Assembly: GCA_015711955.1 (NCBI GenBank) | Contig: MU158684.1 | Span: 11,815 to 75,814, forward strand | Reading direction: 5' to 3' | DNA: 64,000 bases | Origin: Actinomycetota bacterium | GTDB lineage: Bacteria; Actinomycetota; Geothermincolia; Geothermincolales; RBG-13-55-18 | Shown: positions 1 through 8,513 of the stretch, piece after piece | Position numbering within the stretch: position 1 is the first letter of the stretch | Layout: every line of letters begins with the position of its first letter | Made by a program: the position numbers and the translations under genes | Notes under the pieces: generated by a model | The model's database searches: none | What the model was told of the DNA's origin: nothing | Seen by the model: only the letters and a program-made list of their open reading frames with translations

Positions 1-523
1 TTTCCAGCTTATAGTAGGCCTGTTCCAGGTCAGACCCCCAACAAAGGACTCCGTGGTTCTCCAAGAGGACCGCGTCTTGCTCCTCAAGGTAGGGGACCAC
101 TGCCTCTCCCAGCTCTGGGCTTCCAGGCATGCGAAAGGGGACGACGGGCACCTCCCCCAGGAAGATTATGGCCTCAGGCAGAAGGTGGCGGTCCAGCGCC
201 CTTCCTGCCACTGCAAATCCGGTGGCCACCGGCGGGTGGGCGTGCACCACCGCGCCTATGTCCGACCGTTCCCGATAAATTCTCAGGTGCATGGGGGTCT
301 CCGAGGTGGGTACCCCCTCGCCTCCCAGTATGTTTCCCTCAAGGTCCACCTGCAGGATTTGCTCTGGTTTCATGAAACCTTTGCTGACCAGGGTCGGCGT
401 GATGAGCACTCTGTCTTCCGCTAGGCGGGCGCTGATGTTGCCCGAGGTGGCGGAGGCCATGCCCCTCTGCCACATCCTGCGGCCGATCTCGCAAATCTCC
501 TCCCGCAAAGCCCGCTCGTCCAT
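1..523 (-). CDS. class II aldolase/adducin-family protein (fuculose-phosphate aldolase / methylthioribulose-phosphate dehydratase-like); 3' end cut by window edge
   Basis: Absent from the ORF track because it runs off the window. My minus-strand translation from the ATG at 523-521 (GGAGGTGG just upstream) gives MDERALREEICEIGRRMWQRGMASATSGNISARL...VHAHPPVATGFAV...LENHGVLCWG, a typical class II aldolase pattern. Confidence 0.8.
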   Translation of the reverse strand, partial: MDERALREEICEIGRRMWQRGMASATSGNISARLAEDRVLITPTLVSKGFMKPEQILQVDLEGNILGGEGVPTSETPMHLRIYRERSDIGAVVHAHPPVATGFAVAGRALDRHLLPEAIIFLGEVPVVPFRMPGSPELGEAVVPYLEEQDAVLLENHGVLCWGSDLEQAYYKLE

Positions 524-912
524 GACCACCTCCTTCGTCGCTATCCCGGATCCTGAACGAATCATATCCGAGCCCGGTGTGGGATTGGCGCCCAGTCGGG
601 GGATCCGTCTTCCGGCGGGGACGGCCGGGTTTTTCTGGCGGAGATCGCCTGCCTCCTTCCATTCAGTTTCCCTCAATGGGCAGTGTCGGTTGGCGGCGTG
701 CGGGAGCGGGATTTCGCGGCGCGCATGGGCACCCCCTGCGAAGGCGAGTCGGCCTGACTTTCAGGGTAGGCCTCGGTTCAGGGATTTTCAAACCCGAAAC
801 CCTTGCCAGTTTGGGTTTTTGAAAAGGGTTTTCGGGCAAGGGTCGTCGCGCGTGGGAAAGGTCGTTGAGCACATGGAGGTCTTCGTGCACGTAAAGGTCG
901 CCGCGCCTCAGG

Positions 913-1398
913 TTAGAAGATCCTCCTTTTCCACCACTTCTCTTTCTTGGCTGGCTTGGTCGGAGTCACCCTCACCCTCACCTTCTGCGTTGTCTCTTCA
1001 GGATATCCCGCGAAAGCCTCTTCCTCACTAGCGGAGGCTTTCCTGTCCTCCTCGTGTAACACCAAGGCCGCTATCACCTTGATGGGGCTGTCCTTCAACC
1101 TTCCCAGCGCGTCCTCCCATCCGCTGCGGGGACAGCCCATCTCCTCGTATACCTCTTGCAGGTGTTCGGCGAGGACGAAAGCCAGGGGTTTGACCTGGGT
1201 TTCATAGACGCTGAGCTCCTCGTCGCCGAACTCTTCGAAGGGCGTGTCGAGGAGGCTCAATATTCGGAAGGGGATGTCCATTCCCTTCTGTTTCAGTTTG
1301 CGTTCCAGTTTTCTCGTGAAAATGCAGCGGTGACGCACTCTGGTAGATACCGGACCCCCATCCTGGCGTGCCTGGGTGGACTCCTCTGAGAAGGACAT
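913..1398 (-). CDS. hypothetical protein (acidic core, basic C-terminal tail)
   Basis: Track ORF 913..1551. An internal ATG at 1398 is preceded by AGGAGGG at good spacing. The sequence upstream of it (Arg/Ser/Pro-rich) does not look protein-like. No recognisable motif. Confidence 0.5.
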   Translation of the reverse strand: MSFSEESTQARQDGGPVSTRVRHRCIFTRKLERKLKQKGMDIPFRILSLLDTPFEEFGDEELSVYETQVKPLAFVLAEHLQEVYEEMGCPRSGWEDALGRLKDSPIKVIAALVLHEEDRKASASEEEAFAGYPEETTQKVRVRVTPTKPAKKEKWWKRRIF

Positions 1399-1757
1399 CG
1401 CGCAACCCTCCTTTTGCTTCCTCGCTATAATGCCTATCGGCAGGGGGGTGGGCGTGCTGTAGCGTTGGCTGCGCCTGCGGCTCACGGTTTTCCGCCGGTG
1501 GGTCCAATGGTCCGGTGAGAGGCTGCGTTGAGGGGGCGAGAGGTTACCCATGGGTTCCCTGACTGTCCCCGGTGGCCCGAGAACTCCCCCGCACCACGGC
1601 GGGGTGCCGAGAGCCGGGAGCGTTGGTGAGTGGACGGACCGGGAGGGAGGAATGTTTCCGAACGGGTGCCCTCCTTTTATTCATGACCGGTCGAACTTAT
1701 AATTTCCTCGGTCCCCGTAGACGGCTCCGACTCGCTCTCGGTGGAGGGAACGGTGAG

Positions 1758-2462
1758 ATGGGAGATCTCCCGGCGCACATCGGCATCATCATGGACGGCA
1801 ACGGAAGATGGGCCAAGTTGCGAGGCCTGCCCCGCATCGAGGGACACCGATGCGGGGAGGAGTCCATAATGGTGACCGTGAGGGCATGCGCGCGCTTGGG
1901 GGTTAAGTACCTGTCGCTGTTCGCCTTCTCCACCGAGAACTGGGAAAGACCGGAGGAAGAGGTGGCCTTCTTGGTGGGGATGAGCCGTGACATGTTGCGC
2001 CGCCGCTTGGACGAGTTCATGAGTCTGGGCGTCAGGATGCGTCACTTGGGGCGCAGGGACGGCATACCCGATCACATCTTGGCCTGGTTCGACCTAGCCG
2101 AGAAGGCCACCGCAGCGAACGAGGGCCTCACGCTGTGTATAAATTTCAACTACGGAGGCAGGGGGGAGATCCTGGACGCGGCGGCGCGCCTCGCGGGAAA
2201 CGCGCGGCGCGAGGAGATAATGCCTGAGGAATTGGACGAGGAACTCGTCAAAAGCGAGTTTTATTTTCCCGGCCTGCCCGACATCGACTTGCTGATAAGG
2301 ACGGCGGGCGAGATGAGGATAAGCAACTTCATGCTTTGGCACTGCGCGAATTCCTACATCCACGTCTCTCCGGTCCTCTGGCCCGACTTCCGAGAGCCAC
2401 ACCTAAAGGAGGCCATCGACCACTACAAGAGGATTAGCGAGGAGTCGGAGAGCGATTTTTAG
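1758..2462 (+). CDS. uppS: isoprenyl transferase / undecaprenyl-diphosphate synthase
   Basis: MGDLPAHIGIIMDGNGRWA...FAFSTENWERP...RTAGEMRISNFMLWH are cis-prenyltransferase signature blocks. The ATG at 1758 has GGAGGGA upstream; the track's longer N-terminal extension looks non-coding. Confidence 0.9.
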   Translation: MGDLPAHIGIIMDGNGRWAKLRGLPRIEGHRCGEESIMVTVRACARLGVKYLSLFAFSTENWERPEEEVAFLVGMSRDMLRRRLDEFMSLGVRMRHLGRRDGIPDHILAWFDLAEKATAANEGLTLCINFNYGGRGEILDAAARLAGNARREEIMPEELDEELVKSEFYFPGLPDIDLLIRTAGEMRISNFMLWHCANSYIHVSPVLWPDFREPHLKEAIDHYKRISEESESDF

Positions 2463-2751
2463 GGACTCAATTTTTGATATGAATCGGTATTACGCGCAAG
2501 TGAGGCGCAAGTTGGGTGCGGGCCGGGGGACTGCCGCTTCTTGGGCTCATCACAAAGCGCAGCGAACGTGATCTGGTATTTTCAGGAAAGTCAAGGCTCG
2601 ATCTGCACGCACGAATCCGTTGGGGTTTTTCTGTATGTAGAAAACCTACCGGCCAAGCTCCTTTTGAGAAAAGCTCATCCCGTAACAGCTCGCAGCAAAT
2701 CCGTCTTATTTCGTGTCTTTCATTAATATGATAAATATTAGGGACATGGTC

Positions 2752-2780
2752 TTGAAAAATATAAAAGTCAGGTGTATAAA
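2752..2780 (+). promoter_or_regulatory. sigma70-like promoter candidate (TTGAAA - 17 nt - TATAAA) inside an AT-rich island
   Basis: -35 TTGAAA at 2752-2757, a 17-nt spacer, and -10 TATAAA at 2775-2780, all read directly from the sequence. No experimental support. Confidence 0.4.
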
Positions 2781-3034
2781 AAGTAGGATCTCGTATATTT
2801 ATGAAAACGGAGCTTTGATAAGAAAAAATACATCAAAACACTTGTAGACAAAAAAATGGGTTCATGCGAGTAAAAAGCGGGAAAGGTGATGGTTGACAAC
2901 GGTGACCGAGGCCGATACGTAAGACACAAGGAGAGCGACGTAACCAGGGAGTTTTCGGTGTGGCCGGGCGGTCACGTTAGTTGAAATACCCGTGATTGAC
3001 GGGACAAGGAGAACCGGGTGAGGCGAAAGGAGAG

Positions 3035-3358
3035 ATGGAGATGCCAAGGACTGCGACGAAAAAGAACCAGGCCAAGAAGGCGGAGACGAAAGCCGCTGCG
3101 AGGAAGGCCACAACCGGCAAGGCCGCTGCGCGGACGGCCAGGGCTTTGGCCAAGGAGATAAAGCCCAGGAGGATACGCACCGGAAAGGTGGGGGCCCCTC
3201 GGGTGGACATCAAGAAATCCGATCTCCGCGTGCTTCTCAGGGAGGGACTGACCCTCAGGGAGATCGCCCAGATCTATCAATGCCATCCCTCCACCATTTC
3301 CAAGCGCAAGAAGGAATTCGGGATAAACGTTCCTCCTCGCCGGAGGGCGAGGGGCTGA
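3035..3358 (+). CDS. small basic protein: Lys/Ala-rich histone-tail-like N-terminus plus C-terminal helix-turn-helix
   Basis: MEMPRTATKKNQAKKAETKAAARKATTGKAAARTARALAKE..., then LREGLTLREIAQIYQCHPSTISKRKKEFG (HTH-like). AAAGGAGAG lies upstream of the ATG pair at 3035/3041. Confidence 0.55.
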   Translation: MEMPRTATKKNQAKKAETKAAARKATTGKAAARTARALAKEIKPRRIRTGKVGAPRVDIKKSDLRVLLREGLTLREIAQIYQCHPSTISKRKKEFGINVPPRRRARG

Positions 3359-3438
3359 TGGATTGCGCCAAGCAGGCGGGGTGGGGCTGATATTTTGTTC
3401 CCTGGCTCCCCTACGGGAGTGGGGATATACTTTTCTCG

Positions 3439-3819
3439 ATGGAAGGGAAGAAGATCCTCGTGGTGGAGGACGACCAGTCCTGGGCGCGCCTGATGGAGAT
3501 AATGCTGGGCGGCCGTGGGGTGAAAGTCGTCCTCTGCCCTTCTCCCCTCAACGCCGTGGAATTGGCTAAAAGGATCCACCCCGACTTGGTCGTTTTGGAC
3601 ATACACCTGCCGCGGTTCAGCGGGATTTGGGTGCTGAGAAGGCTTCGTCAAGCGGAGGAGACCAGGGGTATACCGGTGCTGGTCTCCTCCATACTTTCCA
3701 GTGAGCGAAGGATCAGGCAGTTGGAGAAGATGGGCAGGACCTATTTCGTGCCCAAGAGCAAGGGGTTTGGTGCCCTTTTGGACAGGATCGAGGAGATAAT
3801 TGGCGGATCGGTGCGGTGA
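3439..3819 (+). CDS. single-domain response regulator (CheY-like receiver)
   Basis: KILVVEDD...DLVVLDIHLP...PVLVSS...YFVPKS is a receiver-domain pattern. No output domain is present. Confidence 0.85.
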   Translation: MEGKKILVVEDDQSWARLMEIMLGGRGVKVVLCPSPLNAVELAKRIHPDLVVLDIHLPRFSGIWVLRRLRQAEETRGIPVLVSSILSSERRIRQLEKMGRTYFVPKSKGFGALLDRIEEIIGGSVR

Positions 3820-3957
3820 GGTGGGCGGGCCCGAGCCGGCGAAGGCCGATGTATGGTCGAAGGGCGTCCCCTGTGGTTTCGGTGGTTCCCGGGTTGTGTC
3901 AAGCGTCGTCCGGGTGAGCGCATTTTATCCAGTCTGGAGGTGAGGCGCGTGGAGGTC

Positions 3958-4545
3958 ATGGAGGCGATAGCCGCAAGGAGGAGCATCCGCAGGTATTCGT
4001 CTCGTCCGGTGTCGGAAGGTTTGATCCGTCAAATACTGGAAGCGGGCAGACTCGCCCCCTCTGCCAGCAACCTCCAGACTTGGAAATTCAAGGTAGTAAC
4101 CGAACCCCATATCAGGAAGGCCTTGAGGGAGGCCGCTTACGACCAGCGCTTCGTGGAGGAGGCGCCGGTGGTGATAGTGGCCTGTGCCGACCTCGTCGCC
4201 CTGGGAGACCGCCTGAAGAGGACCCTCGAGCTCCTGAGGGCAGGCGCGGTGAAACCCAGCGCCGGCATGATCCTGTGGTATGTCCGCCAGAGGGGGAGCA
4301 AGGAAGAGGCCAGGGGATTCCTGCACGCGGTGATCAACGTCACCATCGCCGTTCAGAACATGGTGCTCGCCGCCACTTCCCTGGGCCTGGGAACCTGTTG
4401 GGTGAGGGCCTTCGAGGAGGAGAAGGTGGCCAAAGTCCTCCGCCTCCCGCCGGAGTATCCCCCCATATTCCTGCTGCCATTGGGATACCCGGCGGAAAGT
4501 CCTCGGCCCAGACCGAGAAGGCCCCTGGAGGAGATACTCCTTTGA
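3958..4545 (+). CDS. nitroreductase-family oxidoreductase
   Basis: MEAIAARRSIRRYSSRPVSEGLIRQILEAGRLAPSASNLQTWKF... is the classic nitroreductase N-terminal block. The ATG at 3958 has GGAGG upstream. Confidence 0.85.
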   Translation: MEAIAARRSIRRYSSRPVSEGLIRQILEAGRLAPSASNLQTWKFKVVTEPHIRKALREAAYDQRFVEEAPVVIVACADLVALGDRLKRTLELLRAGAVKPSAGMILWYVRQRGSKEEARGFLHAVINVTIAVQNMVLAATSLGLGTCWVRAFEEEKVAKVLRLPPEYPPIFLLPLGYPAESPRPRPRRPLEEILL

Positions 4546-4560
4546 CGGGGCAGGCGTTAA

Positions 4561-4616
4561 GGTGACGTTTAAATCACAAAGGTGACATTTAGATCAATCG
4601 GTGACATTTAAATCAA
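4561..4616. repeat. three tandem 19-20 bp iterons (GGTGAC[G/A]TTTA[A/G]ATCA)
   Basis: Copies start at 4561, 4581 and 4600. Each is centred on ATTTAAAT or ATTTAGAT. They lie in the 125-bp gap between two convergent genes. Confidence 0.8.
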
Positions 4617-4670
4617 TTGCACCGCGCACTCGCTGAAAAAGGCCCAGGCGGCGAGTCCGCTCCCCGCTTT

Positions 4671-5603
4671 TCAGGCTCTCTCCTTCTCCCTTTGAGAGGC
4701 GAACCACTCGGACAGCTGGCAGATGGGGCATAGGGGCTGCGAGGTCGGTTCTCCGCAGCTGGGACATGCGCCGGTGGGTCTCCACATGTACTCCTCACGA
4801 GGCGGCATGATCTCCATTAGCGACAGGAGAAGCTGCAGCTTTCCCGAGGGAACCGTCTTTTCGAGGGTCTCGAAGACCTCCTTCAGGGAATGTCCTTTGG
4901 GCGACCACACGGGGCATTTCTCGGGAAAGTGGGGTATGTCCCGCAACAAACAGTACTGAAGGGTGTGCCTCTCCGAGGTGAACATGATGGGTTTGACCTT
5001 CTTGGGCAGGTCGCCGATGGGGTCCAGTACCGGCGGTGGCAGGTAATGGCGGCGGGAAAGAAGGTTTTTGAAGGCGAAAAGGAGCATGTCCTCCAGGGTA
5101 TGGGCTGTGGCCAGAACGTTGGCCCCCGAGGCTCTTGCTTCCCTGTTCATGAGTGCTCTCTTGATGGCACCGCAAACGGCGCAGGGTTTCCAGCCCTTCA
5201 CCTTGGCCACCCTCAGGCCCAGCTCCCCTATGCGTACCACCCTCAGATCCACCCCCGCTTTGGAGGCCTGCTCCTCCACCAACGCCAGGTTGCGGTCGGA
5301 GAAATCGCCCATGTTCAGGTGGAAGTGGGTGGCGAGGAGGTCGAATCCCATGGAGGCAGAAAGCCTTTTGAGGGCAAAGAGCAGCGCCGCGGAGTCCTTA
5401 CCGCCCGAAAGGGCCACCAGCACCCGGTCACCCTCGCCGATCATGTCATATTTTTCCAGAGCGCGCCTGACCCTCCTCTCGAAGAAGCGGGGATAACAAG
5501 GAAGGCATACCTTCAAGTTGAACTCGGTGATCCTCATAACTTGGGCGGAAGAACCGCAAATGCGGCACTTGCCCTCCGCCATCGGATAAATCACCTTTTC
5601 CAT
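4671..5603 (-). CDS. PP-loop ATP pyrophosphatase, TtuA/TtcA/Ncs6-like tRNA thiolation enzyme
   Basis: SGGKDS PP-loop. N-terminal (CRICG...CLPC) and C-terminal (CPSCG...CPIC) zinc-finger pairs. A central CAVCG as in Fe-S-dependent TtuA-type enzymes. Confidence 0.8.
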   Translation of the reverse strand: MEKVIYPMAEGKCRICGSSAQVMRITEFNLKVCLPCYPRFFERRVRRALEKYDMIGEGDRVLVALSGGKDSAALLFALKRLSASMGFDLLATHFHLNMGDFSDRNLALVEEQASKAGVDLRVVRIGELGLRVAKVKGWKPCAVCGAIKRALMNREARASGANVLATAHTLEDMLLFAFKNLLSRRHYLPPPVLDPIGDLPKKVKPIMFTSERHTLQYCLLRDIPHFPEKCPVWSPKGHSLKEVFETLEKTVPSGKLQLLLSLMEIMPPREEYMWRPTGACPSCGEPTSQPLCPICQLSEWFASQREKERA

Positions 5604-6047
5604 CCCATCACCCCACTCGCTTGCGGACGTTTCCTCTTGTGGGAAACCGAATAGTAGGCTCCCACCCTCCCTCGGAGCCCCTCACCCTCTCAGAGGATCC
5701 CCCTTCCACCCTGTCCGGGGGTCCCCCTTCAGTAAAACCGTCTTCCGATAGGGTTCTCGGTGCTCCGCAACGAGTCTCGGGTCTCTTGATCGCAGGGCTC
5801 GTTTGAGAGGTCACCACGCTCCCCGAAGACCTCTCCGTGCCCCAAAGAACCTCTGCCCTTTGACCCTCCGTGTCGTGGGCGTTCTCCCGCGCGCCATTTT
5901 ACGGGCATCCTAACCCAGAAGCGAGCCCGACACCCGTGTATCCTGTGGGTTTCGGGAAGGACACGCCATACGGACCGCACTGGGACCACAAAATAAATAG
6001 CAGACATCCGGTTCCTTGTGAACGATGCGATCGTCCAAAGTCGCCTC

Positions 6048-8513
6048 TCAGGGAAATGGACCGTCGTCTTTCCCGGTTGGGTTTAGGCGGGGAAACCGGA
6101 TGCGCAGGACCTTTCCCATGCCAAGGCTTTCCAGGCTCCCACCCATGAGCCCCACAAACCGTCTTGCCAGGGTGAGACCCAAGTCTTCCCGAGCCTCGTT
6201 TTCGCGGGCATTTTCCATGGTTCCCGTTGCGCCTTCGCCCTTCTCGCTGGACAGGACCGTGATCTGCGTCCCTTCTTCCCCTTTGCGCCAGACGAGAAGG
6301 ATCCTAGCCGGTGGCGAGGCAGGCCACGAAAGGGTGGCGAGGCGGATCGCCTGGGCCAGGCGTTCCGGGTCCACGACCACCGAACCACCTTCGCCATCTT
6401 CCTCCACCTCGGTTTCCACCTCTCCCACGGCCGCCGTTCGCAGCAAGTCCGCCACGTCCTCGGGGCTCAGTTCGCATAGGGCGAGGGACGTCTTGCCCGC
6501 CTCCACCCTCATGAGGTCGAGGAGCGCCTCCGTGAGCTCTCCCAATTCGCTGGCCCGCTGGAGGATCTGTATGCCCACCTCGCGCACCCTTGTCTCGGAA
6601 AAGGTGGAGTGGAGCTCCAGGGAAAGGTCCCTGATGGTCTGCAGGGGTCCTATCATGCCTTTCCCCGCCGTCTCCAGCAGTCGGGAAGCTTCCCGGTCCC
6701 GTTCCCTGGCAACCCTCAGCGATTCCCTCAGCTGATCCAACTGCTCCTCCAGAAGGCGGGTTTCCCGTTCCACGGCCATGACGAAGAAGGATATGAGTAC
6801 CAAGGAAAAGGCGTGGGTCGCGAGGACCATCGCGTCGCGAGCGGGGGACACAGCGGAGGGTACCAGGTACGCCAGCAGGGAACAGGTCAAGATAAAGATG
6901 TTCAGGCCCATCTGCCCTGATCTTGCGAGGTGGGTCGCGGAGGTCAGGATGGGGGGGAAGGAAAGGAGCGCTCCCCTCTCCAGTGCCGCCACCCAATAGG
7001 CAAGAAGGAGGAAGAGCGCCGCTGACCTCAGGGCGTGGAGAAGGTGGCCGGCGTTGCGATCGGGTCTTGTGACAAGGAGGGAGAGCAGAAGGACCAAGAG
7101 GTATGAGAGGGCCTTGCCGGGGCGGAGGGGCCCCGCGTGGCCGAAAAGGGCGAGCACGCCGAGGTAGAAGAGGAGGAACAGGGGCAGGTGGCCTACATGA
7201 CCCTTAATAGGGTGGTTATTCCTCCCCACCTTGACTCTCCCCTCGGGGCGTTGCGGGGTTCGCGCCGGCTCCTCGGATATGGGCAGGAGGAGGGTGAAGG
7301 TCGACCCCTTGCCCGGAGAGGTCACCACTCGGACGGTCCCGCCGTGAGAATCCGCGACTCCCTTGACCACTGCCAGTCCCAAGCCCGCTCCTCTGGGGTC
7401 CACCTCCCTTGAGCCGGTTCCCCTTCGAAAGGAGTGGAATATGAAGGCCAGCTCCTCCCGGGGAATGCCTGGGCCTCGGTCGGTCACCGAAACGTAAGCA
7501 TATCTCTCCGTGGAACCCACCCTCACCGTCACCACCTCCCCGGGAGGAGAGAACTTGATGGCGTTGGAGATGAGGTTGCCCAGCGCCAGTTGGACCATGG
7601 TGGGATCGGCGAGGATTATAGGGACTTCTCCGGAGCGCTCCAACCTCACTGAGACCTCATCCCGGAGCATGGAGGAGGCCTCGCATACCTCGGCCGCCAA
7701 CCGATCGAGCTCCAGCGGTTCCTTTCTCGGCGCGATCTCGCTCTCCACCCGGCAGAGATCCAAAAGCCCGGAAGCCAACCGAAGCATCCTTTCGGAGTTC
7801 TCCCCGATGATACGGGCGAACTCGTCCACTTTCTTGCCCGGCGGTTTCCTGGAGGAAAGTATCTCGGCGAAACCCTGCATGGACGTGAGGGGGGTTCGTA
7901 GCTCGTGGGAAACGGCGGAGATCCGCTCTGACTTTTCCCTTCCCCTTTCCAGGTGCCTTTCCAACTCCAGGGAAAGGGTTTCCCTGGTGCCCTCGATTTC
8001 CAGGATCTCCCTGCGCATGTCCATACCCAGCAAGACGCCCGCAAGGAACCACCCCGATCTTACCGCGGTTACCGCCCAATCGCCGCCCCTATGAGCCGAG
8101 ATCGTTACCGCTAAGGCGGTTGAGAGGATCAGCCAGAGGGATAAGGCGCAACGGTGGTCCAAGGAGACTCCGGCCAGAAGACAGCAGAAGAAGGCCATGG
8201 GGAAAAATGGGCTCTCGACCCCTCCGCCGAATGCCACGGCCAACACCGACAGGATGGACAAGGCCACAGCGCTTCCCAGGAACTGCGGCATGCCGGTGAG
8301 TGTCTCCCCTTCCCGGGGGAACCTCACCCGCACGGCGTGGTGCAGCAGGGCGAGCACCGCCAGGGAGATGGCGACGGCGTATAGGGCGGAGCGGTCGGTG
8401 TTCACTCGAGAGGGAAGGGATATGGCCAAGAGCAGACACGGCACGGCGGCCGCCGCTAAGAGGGAGAGTGCCCTGGATATCCTCCGCTCAAGGGGCATCT
8501 TCCTCCTCCCCAA
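6048..8513 (-). CDS. polytopic membrane sensor histidine kinase fused to a second, degenerate membrane kinase-like module
   Basis: Module 1 has multiple TM helices, the H-box SHELRTPL, and a catalytic domain (GPGIP...GAGLGLAVV...GKGSTFTLLLP). Module 2 has a further TM bundle, a DHp-like coil with no His (MIGPLQTIRDLS), and a weak ATPase-like tail (DLGLTLARRFVGLMGGSL). Confidence 0.85.
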   Translation of the reverse strand: MGRRKMPLERRISRALSLLAAAAVPCLLLAISLPSRVNTDRSALYAVAISLAVLALLHHAVRVRFPREGETLTGMPQFLGSAVALSILSVLAVAFGGGVESPFFPMAFFCCLLAGVSLDHRCALSLWLILSTALAVTISAHRGGDWAVTAVRSGWFLAGVLLGMDMRREILEIEGTRETLSLELERHLERGREKSERISAVSHELRTPLTSMQGFAEILSSRKPPGKKVDEFARIIGENSERMLRLASGLLDLCRVESEIAPRKEPLELDRLAAEVCEASSMLRDEVSVRLERSGEVPIILADPTMVQLALGNLISNAIKFSPPGEVVTVRVGSTERYAYVSVTDRGPGIPREELAFIFHSFRRGTGSREVDPRGAGLGLAVVKGVADSHGGTVRVVTSPGKGSTFTLLLPISEEPARTPQRPEGRVKVGRNNHPIKGHVGHLPLFLLFYLGVLALFGHAGPLRPGKALSYLLVLLLSLLVTRPDRNAGHLLHALRSAALFLLLAYWVAALERGALLSFPPILTSATHLARSGQMGLNIFILTCSLLAYLVPSAVSPARDAMVLATHAFSLVLISFFVMAVERETRLLEEQLDQLRESLRVARERDREASRLLETAGKGMIGPLQTIRDLSLELHSTFSETRVREVGIQILQRASELGELTEALLDLMRVEAGKTSLALCELSPEDVADLLRTAAVGEVETEVEEDGEGGSVVVDPERLAQAIRLATLSWPASPPARILLVWRKGEEGTQITVLSSEKGEGATGTMENARENEAREDLGLTLARRFVGLMGGSLESLGMGKVLRIRFPRLNPTGKDDGPFP

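Noticed and set aside
53-424. Plus-strand 123-aa ORF at the window start.
   Set aside because: It is antisense to the class II aldolase gene, whose translation carries clear family motifs.
4561-4616. CRISPR array.
   Set aside because: Only three directly abutting 19-20 bp units with no spacers, and no cas genes in the window.
5604-6047. RNase P RNA, tmRNA, SRP RNA, or a cobalamin, T-box or c-di-AMP riboswitch in the 444-bp gap.
   Set aside because: I checked both strands by eye for hallmark strings: GAGGAAAGUCC, ACAGAAxCCGGCUUA, tmRNA 5'/3' ends and a tag ORF, GGUCCGGAAGGAAGCAGC, GCCACUG, and ACCCGACAGCUAAC. None was present.
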